From: an uncultured Bacilli bacterium
GTDB lineage: Bacteria; Bacillota_I; Bacilli_A; RF39; UBA660
Reading direction: 5' to 3'
NCBI GenBank assembly: GCA_947588685.1
Contig: CANPYM010000005.1
Location: forward strand, 298 to 64,297
Length of the DNA stretch: 64,000 bases
The position numbers were made by a program, and so were the translations under genes. Each line of letters starts with the position of its first letter. The stretch's first letter is position 1. Under the pieces are notes generated by a model. That model saw only the letters and a program-made list of their open reading frames with translations. It ran no database searches and was not told the origin of the DNA. Below are positions 63,600-64,000 of this stretch, one piece after another.

Positions 63600-64000
63600 A
63601 AATCAATGTAAAGTCATATTTTTATCAATAAAGTATGCCTTAATGCGAGAATTACTTAATAAGACAACTTTTATTTCGAATATTATATTTATGATATTAA
63701 ATAATTCTAGTATGATTGTTCAATGGATTGTGTTATTTTCAATTAAAGATAATTTTGGTGGCTATACTTTAAAACACGTTATTTTATTAATTGGGATATC
63801 TTCAAGCCTTTATGGATTTGCACATTTCTTCTTTGAAAAAAGTTTTAAATTGTCTGAGACAATTAATTCGGGTAAGTTAGATGCTTATATTGTTCAACCT
63901 AAAAATATATTGTTATCAACGATAACATCAGATATTCAAGTTTCTGCTTTAGGTGATTTATCATTTGGCTTAATTGCTTATTTTATATATGGTTTTACTA
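63583..64000 (+). CDS. second ABC-2/DUF990-like permease, N-terminal fragment running off the window end
   Basis: The GTG at 63583 opens a frame with no stop to nt 64000 (VLTAVRNQCKVIFLSIKYALMRELLNKTTF...). It is hydrophobic and overlaps the upstream gene by 17 nt. It is absent from the supplied ORF track, presumably because it has no stop codon. Confidence 0.55.
   Translation, partial: MLTAVRNQCKVIFLSIKYALMRELLNKTTFISNIIFMILNNSSMIVQWIVLFSIKDNFGGYTLKHVILLIGISSSLYGFAHFFFEKSFKLSETINSGKLDAYIVQPKNILLSTITSDIQVSALGDLSFGLIAYFIYGFT

Noticed and set aside
1-64000. CRISPR arrays, IS elements, prophage genes and rRNA.
   Set aside because: I found no regularly spaced direct repeats, no transposase-like ORFs with inverted repeats, no phage structural genes and no rRNA-like segments while reading through the intergenic regions.

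Overview
The window is a 64 kb chromosomal segment of a low-GC, AT-rich, spore-forming Bacillota genome. The tmRNA tag ends in ...NLAFA, which together with gene content hints at the Erysipelotrichia/Mollicutes-related lineage, but this placement is low confidence. Nearly all genes lie on the + strand; only 34.7-39.9 kb is on the - strand. No transposase, integrase, prophage or CRISPR array was seen.

Layout:
- 1-13.4 kb: housekeeping and sporulation core (pepF', dnaJ, hup, cca, dnaD-nth, lon, spoVID-like/ysxE-like, yabG-veg).
- 13.47-13.81 kb: tmRNA (ssrA).
- 13.9-26.5 kb: accessory block, the most interesting part. A LysR regulator is followed by a tightly translationally coupled ten-gene operon of soluble enzymes: PHP phosphoesterase, nucleoside 2-deoxyribosyltransferase-like protein, two SPASM/twitch radical SAM enzymes, a GT-B glycosyltransferase, two DegT-type aminotransferases, two FemAB-like acyl/aminoacyl transferases and a SAM methyltransferase. 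No terminator separates it from an ABC-F ATPase and an APH(3')-like kinase.
- 26.5-32.4 kb: monocistronic unknowns, including two divergent tandem paralogs flanking tRNA-Gln.
- 32.4-47.2 kb: envelope and antimicrobial-response genes (MacB/FtsX ABC pair, LCP, FemAB, a Bce-like ABC plus two-component module).
- 47-64 kb: mixed metabolic and transport genes (Sir2, MBL, pentapeptide protein, UgtP-like GT, GntR-ABC, bile salt hydrolase, DUF990-type ABC).

My leading hypothesis is that the ten-gene operon makes a nucleoside- or amino-sugar-derived (peptidyl-nucleoside-like) metabolite, with the ABC-F/APH pair as candidate self-protection. This is inference from domain content only.

All family assignments come from motif recognition by eye. 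No database search, alignment statistic or GC computation was run.
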